Below are positions 1-11,000 of a stretch of DNA of 64,000 bases, piece by piece. The DNA comes from Orbicella franksi. Lineage: Eukaryota. A program made the position numbers and the translations under genes. Positions within the stretch are counted from its first letter, which is position 1, and each line of letters begins with the position of its first letter. The stretch lies in assembly GCA_964199315.1 (NCBI GenBank), contig OZ116698.1, positions 16,492,001-16,556,000 on the forward strand, read 5' to 3'. Below the pieces are notes generated by a model. That model saw nothing but the letters and a program-made list of their open reading frames with translations. It was not told where the DNA came from and ran no database searches.

Positions 1-41
1 ACTCGAAGGACGACGCACTGACACTGTCTTAACAGTTTCTT

Positions 42-3000
42 TTATCTACTGCGTGATCTGTCCTTCTCTCGGTTTTCTTTCTTGTCTCGGTTACTTCTTC
101 CTCGAGATTCATCTCGATCAGAACTTCGTCTCCTCTCTCGGTTTCTATCGCGACTTCGACTGCGTCTTTTTCTGTCTTCGTCTCTGCTACGCCTGTTCGG
201 GCTTCGGCTTCGGCTTCGGCTTCGTTTTCTCCTTTTGTCTCTGTCCCTGCTGTCGTCACGCCTTCGTTCGTGACTCCGACGTTCTTTGCTTCGTCGTCGT
301 GAACTATCCCGGTCAGGACTTCGACTTCGTCGCTTTTCCCGCCCACGATCACGATCACGATCGCGACTTCGGCTTCGGCTACGACGTGGTTTTGGATGAC
401 GATCGCCGTCGGCCGCTTCACCATGGCGTCTGCTTGAGGGGCTGCATAGAAATAAAGAGTAAGAAAAAAGTCAACACATAGTTTCGAAAAATAGCATCGA
501 GTACAGCTGTAAAGAAGGAACAGGATCTTGAAACAGAAGTAAACAAAATGCGTGTGAGATAAACCGAGATTAACTCAGCGCAGTTATCTGGCTGAGCCAG
601 ACTAAAGAACTGAATTCTATGTGTAGTGTACAAGACGATAAATTCTCTGATAGTTCTCAGTTCCCAGACTCACCCACCTTTCGTCACGTGTGCGTTTGAC
701 AAAATCCTCCGCCTCTCCCCAGCCCTCTTGCGCGGTACGCTTGTGATCGTCACACAGTCCTTTTGAACGCAGTTTCGTCTCAAGGTCCTTTTGTACGGGG
801 ACAGGAATTCGGGGGAACAAGGTTCCATACCATTCCAGCTTTAACAGGAAACTTCTGACCATCTGACCAATAGTCATGGTACATCCTCCACCGGCCTTAG
901 GATCTACCTCCTGAAAAGTTGAACACACAGAAAAGAATATTCATTGACGAGTGATCACTGGATAAATGCAGTTCCCTGACGTGACTCGAGGTGAAAATAA
1001 AAAACAAATTTTCGACTGTATACTTCGGGCAAGCCTTAGCTATGAAGTACTGGCCCGAAAGTCACTCTCACTGGCCTTCCCAAAATTTTTTACTAGTATG
1101 ATTGATTAACTTCAAATTACGCTTATTCAATAATAATTGTTGTAATTCTGTAATTGTACTTCACATAAAGGATAGAATCCACTAGCCCCGAGCTTTGGGA
1201 TATGACTTGCTTTGCACATTGACACTGATCAAAGTTGTTCAATGGGAGTTTGTTACTGTCACACCACATTAGAAACAATCAGTAGCAACTTTCACGACTG
1301 TCTGCTTCAGATACCAATTGTATGGAATAGCAATGTGAAAGAATATGGGTTTTCTGGAAGTTGTTTTCAGCGGGAATAACTCATGCTAGTTCCAGGTCGA
1401 CTGTCAGGAAAGTTTAATGGGACCTTTGCAGTTGAAAACAAGAAAGAGCAGAGTTCACATGTCAAACGTCTGGCATCTTGAGGGAAGGTTAAAAACCACA
1501 TTTCTTGTTATGGAATTTATTTACATAAAATAATTTACATAATTTTACAGGAAAAAAAATGACAAAACAAAGTGCCTTGAATATGAATTAGAATGCAAAG
1601 CACAGAGTAGAGCGTATGAACCATAACTACTCAGGTGTCAAGTTAACCTCTTGTAAGGCAGCTCGGTGTAATGTAATATCTGAAGGCCTGCAGTCGGCAT
1701 GGAAATGGCTGTCATGAGCTGCCTAAGAGATGTACATTACTGAACAACCTACAAACACATCAAGACTATGTCAACAAGGTGCCTCCAAGAGGTATGATAT
1801 TGTAACAATGAGAAAAATCACCAAAAGTCTGATAAAACTCACCACTTTACAGTGTTTTGTACTCCACTTGCATGTCTGAATTGACTGCTTTGTTTTATGC
1901 TAAACATTCAGTCCCAAGTTCAAAATGTATTATTCAAGTTCTCATAACCAACTGTCATGGAACCCCTACTTATGTTAGCTATGGAAATTTGGCGGCACGT
2001 AAAGATCCTCTTTTTCTTAGCTAATCATTTGTAATTAATTTTACTCAAATGTCACCAAACCACTAGAGGTTCTCCTTAAATTTGTCAGACCAGGAAACCA
2101 GCCTTGTCACATTTTGGATCTGAGAACCCTTTCTTATCTGGAACAATGTCAACCACATTTTACAATGCTCTCATATCTGAGCTAGTAAAAAGAATACCAC
2201 GATCAATTCTACAATAGCTAATTTCTTTTTTCAAATAACAGTCTGTAGTTAATTTGTTCTTGGGAACAGGTTGTTTCAAGCCTGAAGCACAGAAATAACA
2301 AAAAGAAATAAAATTCTACACCAGAGCATTCTTCAACTTGTTGCCAAGTGAGGAAAACAGAGATGCAAAATACCTCAGGTATTTTTGTCTGTTTAATCAA
2401 AGTTAACGCAACTGATAACTCACCTCTTCATCTTCTAAATATGGTTCCATCCATTCCCAGAGCTTGTTAGGAGGTTGACAGTATCTGCACGGATAATGAA
2501 AACAGCACAAAACCAGTAAAAACTTACAGGAAGGACAAAATGGAGGACAAAATGAACTTCACATGAGATGAACTAAATTGCAATTTGAGTCGATCCAAAT
2601 GGGTAAAGCTCCATCGCCGTGTCAAATGTCCAACTTAATTCAAATTTAGATTGACCAACACGTTCTATTCATCTGCTTCAAATGAAGAGTACATGTTGGT
2701 AGATCTAAATTCAGTCGTACGAGCTCAGTTGAGTCAAATGTACTACTGCATGTGGTCCAACGTTTGACCTGGGCCTAATGTTCTCCGATATATGATTAAG
2801 TCATCGTCCTACTTTATGAGTACCCTAACTGCCCTCAGCTGTCCCCCATCCCCCAGAAAAAAAGGAGGAGGATGACAGGATTCACCCCCAGGTCTGTTCC
2901 ATTACATTATTATTCACCTCACAACAAAAATACTTGACAGATAATCTGTTTCCTTAAGGTCAAAATATGATGTCAAAATGTGCAACAATAATTATTATGA

Positions 3001-5033
3001 AGCCATGAAAACAATCTCATGCAATAGTCCATGAAAATGGTGTCAAATAAGCTGTTTGTCTAATATTCCATACCACAATCCTACAAAATATGGGAAATAA
3101 CACTAACTAGCTTTATATATATACATTTTTCAGAGAAGGTCACGTACCCACCTAATGAACATGAAGCCCAGTGCTCTAATATAGGGTGAGTCTACATGTG
3201 TTATCAAACCATTGAGTTGTTTTCTGGTAAGTTTTAATGTGAACAGCTTATATAGGAGACAGAATGCTGTTGATACAATTCCACCAGCACCAACTCCACG
3301 CACCTATCAAGGAAAAGAAAAAAAGAAATAATTACTGTAATAATTTCCATTAAAAAACCCCATACACTACAGTTGTAAGTGGCAACAGTTGAACTACTTT
3401 AGTGAAATGAGTGTAATCGAAATTGCAAACTGAAATTAAGCATCATTCAGAAGATTTATAACTCATTAAATTATCTCTTTGAGTCCTTAAATATTTTAAT
3501 ATATAGTGAAAGTATCTTTCATTTTTGTATGATATTTAAAGAGATGGGAGGTACAGTGGGTTGGACTTGGAGATAGGTAAGAAGTAAACCTTCTTTGGTA
3601 GTCACAAGTACAGTGTAGCTGCATAGATGTAAGCCTCAAAACATAACTTTTCTTAAAGTTAATATCAACACGGAGTTTAACTAAAATGACATGAATAAAA
3701 TGTTGCTTTCCCAATAAGAGTTTCTAGTAAAAGATATGAAGATAGTTAAGGTGAGTAAGACAACAAGCCCCTGGCAGCTGAAATATCAGTATCCAAGGTC
3801 AAAAAGCTATTCTGAACTGCAACTGACACTTTCTGAAGGAATATCATCAAGGTTACTGAGATGAAATATCATGTTACAAGCTATACAATGGCTGTGAAGG
3901 ATAAAAGTTATATAAGTACATTGCTACCAGTAACAAAATATGCATTTTGTAGATGTTACCGTCTCAAACAATCAGAGTAAAAAACCTAAAATTCTTGCAG
4001 CTGTATATGGACACAATTTAATTCCAAAAAAAGTTGGGAAAGGTTTGAATTGATAAATGGTGTACTTATCAATTTTATCAGACAAGCAATTCCCTTTATG
4101 CATTACTTACTCCTCCGCACATTCCAACTTGTCCTGCAGTTTTCCTGCTTCCTTTTTCCCATGGTTCAAGGTGGTCCACCTTAAAATAACAAATTTGGAA
4201 GAGCAAGAAAATGTCATAGCTGACAATTAATTTACAATTTAAAACAACAGATTAAATGTCCATATAAATGACAGCACAACCTCCCAGGTGTTCTGATCTA
4301 ATTGAAGAAGTTATGTTTGGTAAAACACATCCTAGAACTGGGACCCAGACAGGCCACAACATCCTCAGTTATATTCAAGCCGTTCTCAGGATGAAAATAG
4401 GATAAAAATCTCACATATTTGACATGGAAAAAGGTGGCTGCTATTCTATAAATGAATCACAAAACTGCATCTCAATGGGATTAGAATAGGCAAGCTTGCC
4501 TAATCTGTAGTTACAACCAAAAATTTTAACCAAAGTATACAAAGTACCTTTTCAAGATACATGCAAGTGTATCAAATCATGTCAGTTTAACACATTATTC
4601 TTATCAGTTCACTCCCTTCTTGCTATATCTTTTTTTGTGTAAACGCCAAATAAGCTTCACCTTGTTAAGTTTCGGCTCAAATTTAGGAAACTTCTACGCA
4701 CGATCGCATATCGATGATGGAACTAATTTACGCTAAAGAGGGTTAAGTCTTATTGCTGTGGTTTATATCATATTCTTACGTGTCTAGAGTGTAGAGTCCA
4801 CGGTTGTGTCCATCAATTCTCCGTCGACTTTCCTCCATTCTTACCTTGTAGTAAATTTCATCAACGACTTCATGGTAGGTTTTTAGTTGGAAAAGTTCGT
4901 TCTTGAAGTACGGCGACGACAGCACGTTTGTGAGAATCATGCTGTTTAGATTCATGGTCTTTTCGTTTCCCCACAAGGGAAGAACGTTATTTTGCTTTTT
5001 TGGGCCTTGGGGTCTTGACTCTTCCACATCCAT
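42..5033 (-). CDS. PRPF38B: Pre-mRNA splicing factor 38B (PRP38 domain + RS/RD-rich tail), 6 exons, 367 aa
   Basis: Exons 4845-5033, 4111-4179, 3152-3303, 2424-2484, 678-910, 42-441; all GT-AG, total 1104 nt in frame. Translation has NVLPLWGNEKTMNLN...YHEVVDEIYYK|VDHLEPWEKGSRKTAGQVGMCGG|VRGVGAGGIVSTAFCLLYKLF...DSPYIRALGFMFIR|YCQPP...EWYGTLFPRIPVPVQK, then an RS-rich C-terminus. Confidence 0.96.
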
Positions 5034-5097
5034 GTTGTAAGTCTGTGACTATTTGTGACTGGAGAAAACCAAAAATGCGATTACTCTCGTCCGGTGC

Positions 5098-5108
5098 ACA
5101 ACATGGCG
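5098..5108 (+). promoter_or_regulatory. YY1-like CAACATGGCGG motif in the PRPF38B promoter/5' region
   Basis: CAACATGGCGG lies ~65 bp upstream of the PRPF38B ATG. A similar CAATATGGCG on the minus strand lies upstream of WDR83 (~31548-31557). Motif match only. Confidence 0.35.
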
Positions 5109-5439
5109 GTCACCGAAACTAGCCCATAATGCTTTGGAAACGAGGTTGCTTCCAATTACTCAGTAGTTACCATTCCTCGCTCCTCTGGCAAATTAGCCTA
5201 AGGTTCGGTTGGGTATCTTTTCCTACTTTTGTGCACAGTGTGGGCGAGTTATCACTCTTTATGTAGCCTGCAGTTCAAGTGGTTTCGACTTCGACTTATA
5301 TTGAAACGACCGGACACCACTTCTGTGCGAGCGGTGAATCCGTAACTCGAGTGTAACTCGCTCTTGCGAAAGCCAGAGCGAAAGCCAGAAAAAAGAGAGC
5401 AGCGTTCAAGGGGTAGGAGAGGTGGGCGGGGGGGGGGGG

Positions 5440-5745
5440 GGGGGGAACTCCCATATAAAAAGGAAGCGGGTGCTTGTCGGAATTTTTTGAAAAGAAACCC
5501 TAAGAGCTACCAAGATCCTGTTTTGCTGGCGTGGCTTGAAATTTTTTTCTCCCCCAAGAAGTATGAACCATTATTTCCTGTCATATTTTTTCGACTCAAT
5601 ACCCTACAAGGTGCGCAAAAGCTCCCGCTCGCATGTGGACGTTTTGAGGCTAAATACCCTAAGAGGTACCAAAACCACTTTTTTTAACCCCTTATAGGCA
5701 CGACGAGTACCCCTGTTCTCTTTTATTTTGGAGTCCGACCCCCTC
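5440..5745. mobile_element. MITE (~300 bp) with ~40-bp imperfect TIRs
   Basis: Left end GGGGGAACTCCCATATAAAAAGGAAGCGGGTGCTTGTCG. Reverse complement of the right end is GGGGGTCGGACTCCAAAATAAAAGAGAACAGGGGTACTCGTCG. Internal repeated CCCTAAGAG(C/G)TACCAA. Confidence 0.65.
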
Positions 5746-5879
5746 CACCTCCCCCGGGGGCGCAAAATCCAAACACACAGTCACTCGTGCGTCATACCAT
5801 GCTCTGCCTCTCGAACACAGGCTAATCCAATGGATCTCCTCCCTCCCCTGTGTATTGCATTTGTGTCATCTTGGTTGGC

Positions 5880-6495
5880 TAGAGATAAATTAGAAATGGT
5901 TCTGCATGCTTTCGTCACAAGCAGAATTGACTATTTCCAGATTGTGAAATAACTAAACTACAGAGTACAGAACCCAGCAGCAAGGTTACTAACTTCGAGC
6001 CGCAAATACGACCATATTACGCCCCTTTTATCAAGAATTACACTAGTTACCTGTTAGGTATAGAATAGATTTTTAAGCTTTTTAAAATTTTACCTTTAAC
6101 TTTTAAAGCACTGAATGGTATGGCACCAGCTTATATTAGCGATTTAATTAATGTAAGAAAGCACGCACGCTATTCACTCCGCTCTAATTCAGGCACTATT
6201 CTATTACATCCAGCAGGGAAAATGAAAAAATCTTTTGGTGATAGATCTTTTAGTGTAGCTGCGCTTACACTGTGGAACGCGCTCCTAGCAAGCCTGCGCA
6301 ATATTGATTCTATTCTAACTTTCAAATCTTGTCTTAAAACATAGCTTTTAGCCTTTAGCGCTTAGATTACTTTGATATTGTTAAATTTAGTTTATGCGGT
6401 TCATATTTAGTATATTCTAACATTGTGATGTGCTTTGATCATGGTATGTTAAAAAGCGCGATATCAATTAATAAATTATGATTAATTATTATTAC
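5880..6495 (+). mobile_element. Decayed L2/CR1-group LINE 3' fragment (RT C-terminus + 3' tail)
   Basis: Broken reading LEMVLHAFVTSRIDY...RVQNPAARLL.SSRKYDHITPLL...FKALNGMAPAYISDL...YSLRS...FGDRSFSVAA..LWNAL matches the conserved post-RT segment of L2/CR1 ORF2. Ends in an AT-rich TTATTA tail. Confidence 0.85.
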
Positions 6496-7042
6496 TATCA
6501 AGCTTATTACAACCATTCGAATATAATATGACATAAATTTATACTGACCTTTTATTACAAATTCAGCCTAGGAAATATTGTTCTTTAGCAACGCTAGCGT
6601 TGCGTGAATGAGAGTGGGCTAGAACTGGACTACAGTTCACTGGTAGTTGGTGTTTCTTGACTTTTCTACGCAGTACTTCATCTTCCATTTGTGACGGGAG
6701 AATTTGCCATAGAAAGACCAACAGTAAAAGTAAAAGCCAATAATCATGGTAACCACATGTTTATCTGTATTATCGTGCAACACCTAGTAGTGAGAACTAC
6801 CTGAAGTTGTATGCAGTTTATATTTACAAGAAGAATAACTCGTATGCCCGTGACACAAACTCACTTGCTTATGACATAAACTTTGACACTTTTTCTTCGG
6901 CAAACTTTATCAACAACGGATATCGCGCCTACATGTTGTTATGAAAAAGATTTCTGAGCTGCTAAAGTTGATGCTTCCGGTGAAAATTAATTGACTTATT
7001 CTTTTCTGCGGTTTCCGGGGTGGAAATAAAAAATTTGCAGAG

Positions 7043-7130
7043 ATCAGAGCAGGCTCACTTTCTCGTCTCGCCGCTACGCCGCGCGCGCTTGTGCACCAAC
7101 TTGAGCCTGCTCGCAGGCTAGCCATGGCTG
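7043..7130. mobile_element. Short TAGCCTG-family inverted-repeat element remnant
   Basis: GAGCAGGCTCA ... TGAGCCTGCTC(GCAGGCTA) inverted ends around a GC-rich core. Confidence 0.5.
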
Positions 7131-7286
7131 GCTGATTGGATGATTTGCATGCGTTCTTTTGTGGGGGTGGAGGCGGGGTGGGGGTGGGGGCGGTGACCTT
7201 CTCGCCAGAAAAACTTACGCAATGCCCGAATACGTGAGTGTTGAGATAGGCATGCATACGCTCTCAAATTGCATGAAAAACAGAAG

Positions 7287-7440
7287 TAGCCTGCAGTACA
7301 GGCGAATTAGCGGGCTCTAGCGCGATACACGAGCGCGCGCGAAGCGCGAGGCGAGAAAAATCCGGATTTTTCTCGCCTCGCGCCTTGCGCGCGCTCGTGT
7401 ATCGCGCTAGAGCCCGCCAATCCGCCTGTACTGCAGGCCA
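7287..7440. mobile_element. 154-bp near-perfect palindromic (hairpin) element, TAGCCTG...CAGGC(C/T)A ends
   Basis: Two 77-bp arms centred on TCC|GGA (7363/7364); 72 of 77 positions are complementary by direct comparison. Confidence 0.85.
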
Positions 7441-8044
7441 AACAAAAGCGTCCACAATTCTCGTATCTAATGGAAATCCTACACTCCCAAAAATAGTTAC
7501 ATTGAAAGCTTGCATGCTCAATGACGTCATCAACAGTCTCTCTCTGAAATCGCGCCAACAGCATTACTTTGTGACGTTTTGTCTCAAGTACCGTTGCCAG
7601 AATCATTAGCGCTTTTCCCGAAAAATTACGTAAGTGCTTAAATGTGTACCGCGCTCGTAGCCCACTGAAAAAAAGACAGCTATCAACTACTCTCCAGCAA
7701 TACCACTCAAGAATTCCACAACAAAAACTAAGTAGGTAATGTCACTACGACCCTGTACATATTTCTTCGTCTTCCTTGAAATAAATAGGAATTAGTCGGC
7801 TGGTTTACACGGAACAGGTCGCCACTATTTGTAGAACATATGACACAAGTGAACCCGAAATTAAATTCGCAGCTTACTAACGTGAAAGCGATGTGTACGA
7901 TTTATATACTAATCACAGCTTTCTTATTTACGCCTCTCACAGTGAGTTCTCGCGTCAAGTTAGGGAGAAAAGAAACACTTAGTCTTACAGGCCCGTGTGC
8001 CTTCCCACGGTCTCGGTTTAGACATTTGATATTAACAACGTTAA

Positions 8045-11000
8045 TTATTTCTTACTATACCTCTCATCATACTTCAGGGTGCAACTTCGACGATTAACTC
8101 GTGCAAGATTTTGTGCTGCTAACTCACCAATTTGATTTAAACTTAAGTTTAAATAGGCCAAAGTATAATTCTTGTTAAGAGCCTCTGCGAATTCCGTGGC
8201 TCCTGACTCACCGATCTTGTTGACACTTAGATCTAGATGTGCCAAAGTTCGATTTGATTGCAGCGCCCTTGCAAGGGCTTCTGCCCCTGAGCACGCAATC
8301 TTGTTAGAACTCAAATCTAAACGCTCAAGAGTACAATTAGACAGAAGAGCATCTGCGAGGGCTATTGTACCTGAACAGCTAATGTTGTTGAATTTGAGAT
8401 CTAAACGGGTTACCCGAGTACTGCAAGAACCATGAATTGCTTTAACACGTGCAAAGTGCAATTCCGCTACTCCTGAATCGTCGATAGGACTTCGTTGAAG
8501 TGGATTCGATTGCGTGAAAGTACGCTCTGATTGCAGTGCTTTTGCAAGGGATTCTACTCCGCGATCACCAATCTTATTGTTAGTTAGATATAGATGAGTC
8601 AGATTGCGGTTTGATTTGAGAGCATTTCCAATAGCTGCTGCTCCTGAGTCACTAATCGCATTATCCCCAAGATCTAAATACGTCAAAGAACAATTAGTTC
8701 GAAGAGCTTTTGCGAGTGCTGATGCTCCTGATTCACCAATCAATTCAAGTGGAACTCCATGATAGTCATCATCGAAAGGCCAGGTTCTGGTATCCCCACA
8801 GGTAAATGGCTGATGTAAATCCAAATAGGTCAGGATAGCGTTAGACTCCAGACCAGGACCCTGCTCCAGAGCCTGAGCAAGCGCTATGACGCCTCGATTG
8901 CTGATCCAGTTTTGACAAAGATCTAAATGTAACAGTCTACAGTTGAGCTTAAGAGCCTTTGCAAAGGCTTCTGCTCCAAGATCAGCGATCCAATTTTCGG
9001 AAAGACTCAAATGTGTCAAAGAGCAATTCGATCGAAGAGCCGCTCCAAGTGCTACGGCTCCACCATCAAAGATTACTGAAGAATTCAGATTCAAATGTGT
9101 CAAAGTACGGTTAAATTGAAGAACGCGCGCGAGTACTAAGGCACCTGGATCTGGGATATGTTCCATCTTCAGACTTAAATGTGTTAAAGTTCGATTTGAT
9201 TGAAGAACATCTGCGAGTGCTATGAGTCCGGAAAGCTGCATCATTTGAAGATCGCACCAGACACGTTGCTGCTCACGACGATCACCAATGATCACCGCTA
9301 AGAGCTTATAATACACGTGTCCAGCTAGAGACAAATGCACTAGCTTGTGATCGGGCTGAAGTACAATCTTGATTGTTGCTAAGCCTACCTCGTCCAAGTT
9401 GCCATTCAAATATAAATGTGTCAAAGTGCAGTTGGCTTTCAAGTATTCGGAGACGACGAGCGTATCCCGTAAATTTTTGCTAACTTTAAATTTCCGCACT
9501 GGAAAGCAACGTGCCAGTGTAAGAACCATTTTCTTCTGGTAATCCTTTAGTTCATTTTCACCACTTTCACACTCGGCAATAAGATTAAGCACTTTGGTCA
9601 AAGCACTCTGAACCAGTCCTTCTTCCTTACTCAATCTCTCGACGTCAGCAACGCAGTCGTAACAAGTATCTTTACAAATGTGGGCTTTAAAGTTGGCGTT
9701 AGCTTCGGTTTCAATTGATTTCTCAGGTTTCGTGTGGTATAAGCAAGCACAAAGACGCGACAAGAGATAAACTGCGTTATCGTGACTCTTACTCACCACC
9801 ATTGTGAAGAGAAATTCCCACACCTGCCAATATTTGTCAACAGGACTAAGCTGAGCTAGCAAAGCGTCTCTTGTAGCTTTGACACAAGCAAACATCTCAT
9901 GTTCCAAGTGGAACGCTGCAAAAAATTCCTGAAAGGTCTTGTGCGTAAATGCATAACAAGGCGTTGGCCTGATTTTGCTTATGCTAGCTTCTCGAGAAAG
10001 AAAACATTTCATGAAATTAACAGAGTGGCATTTCATCTCATCTTCACTGAAGTGCATTCGATCGTCTTTAAGGGCTTCAAGTGCCATCTTTCCCAACTGA
10101 TTCAACTGATCTGCACAGGTCTCAATGGGATCCGAAGGAACACTCTTCTTCTTCTTTGCAAAATCTCTTTTTAAAGCACATGACACAAGATCGCAATACA
10201 GTTTCGTTTTGTTTGAAGGAAATGCTCCCTTTGTATCTTCACAAACAAGACAAAGCAGAGCTGTGTTCAATGGATTGGCAGTCAATTCCCTCAGCTGATC
10301 ATCATGCTTTAACTTTTCGATCAAAGCACTACCAAGGCTCGGATCCTCATGATTACTGAAGTACTTTGCAATGTAACTCTCAGTTTCTTGATTGGTGTAG
10401 CCAACAATGTCAAGAAGTGTGTCACAGTATCGCCGTACCTCCGTTCCTGCCTCGTGTCGTGATGTTAACATCAGATAGGTATTGGAAAAGACCTTGCCTT
10501 TAATCAAGGGTAGGAAACCCTCCAACAGATCGTGACGCAATTCATCCAATCCATCAAGAACCAATAAGATTTTAGATTGATTACGACGAATAAACTCGAA
10601 GAAGTTCTCCTTCTCCTTCTTGTCTGCATCTTGTGGTAGCAGCTGATCATTGATAGCTTCCTCGATGTCAGCAGTCTTCATGTCACGGCACTTCAGAAGG
10701 AGAAGTATCTTCACTTCAGGAAACGAAGCTTCAGGTGGAATTCCCGCCACGGACCAGTCATATGCAAGCTTCTGACAATAAGTGGTTTTACCCATTCCAG
10801 GCTGCCCCTCAATCAGCACCACTCTTGGTTTGTCACATTCTTCATGGGGTGCGAAGACATCTGTCATATTTACGATGTTGTCCGTTTGCCTCGCGCGTTC
10901 CTTTTTCTTGCTGATTATCACCAGTCTTGTGAAGATGTTGGACAGTTCCAGTTGAAGCTCATCCTCGCACCATGGAAATGGACAAAGAACAGCACCTTTG

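Noticed and set aside
29-481. ORFs 29-424 (-), 53-481 (+) and 82-273 (+)
   Set aside because: Shadow frames of the RS-rich last exon of PRPF38B, whose true frame is 42-441 on the minus strand.
930-2400. Possible poison exon or snoRNA in PRPF38B intron 4 (GC-richer blocks at ~945-995, 1400-1490, 1640-1800)
   Set aside because: Splice-like sites are present but weak, no convincing C/D or H/ACA box pair was found, and conservation data are needed.
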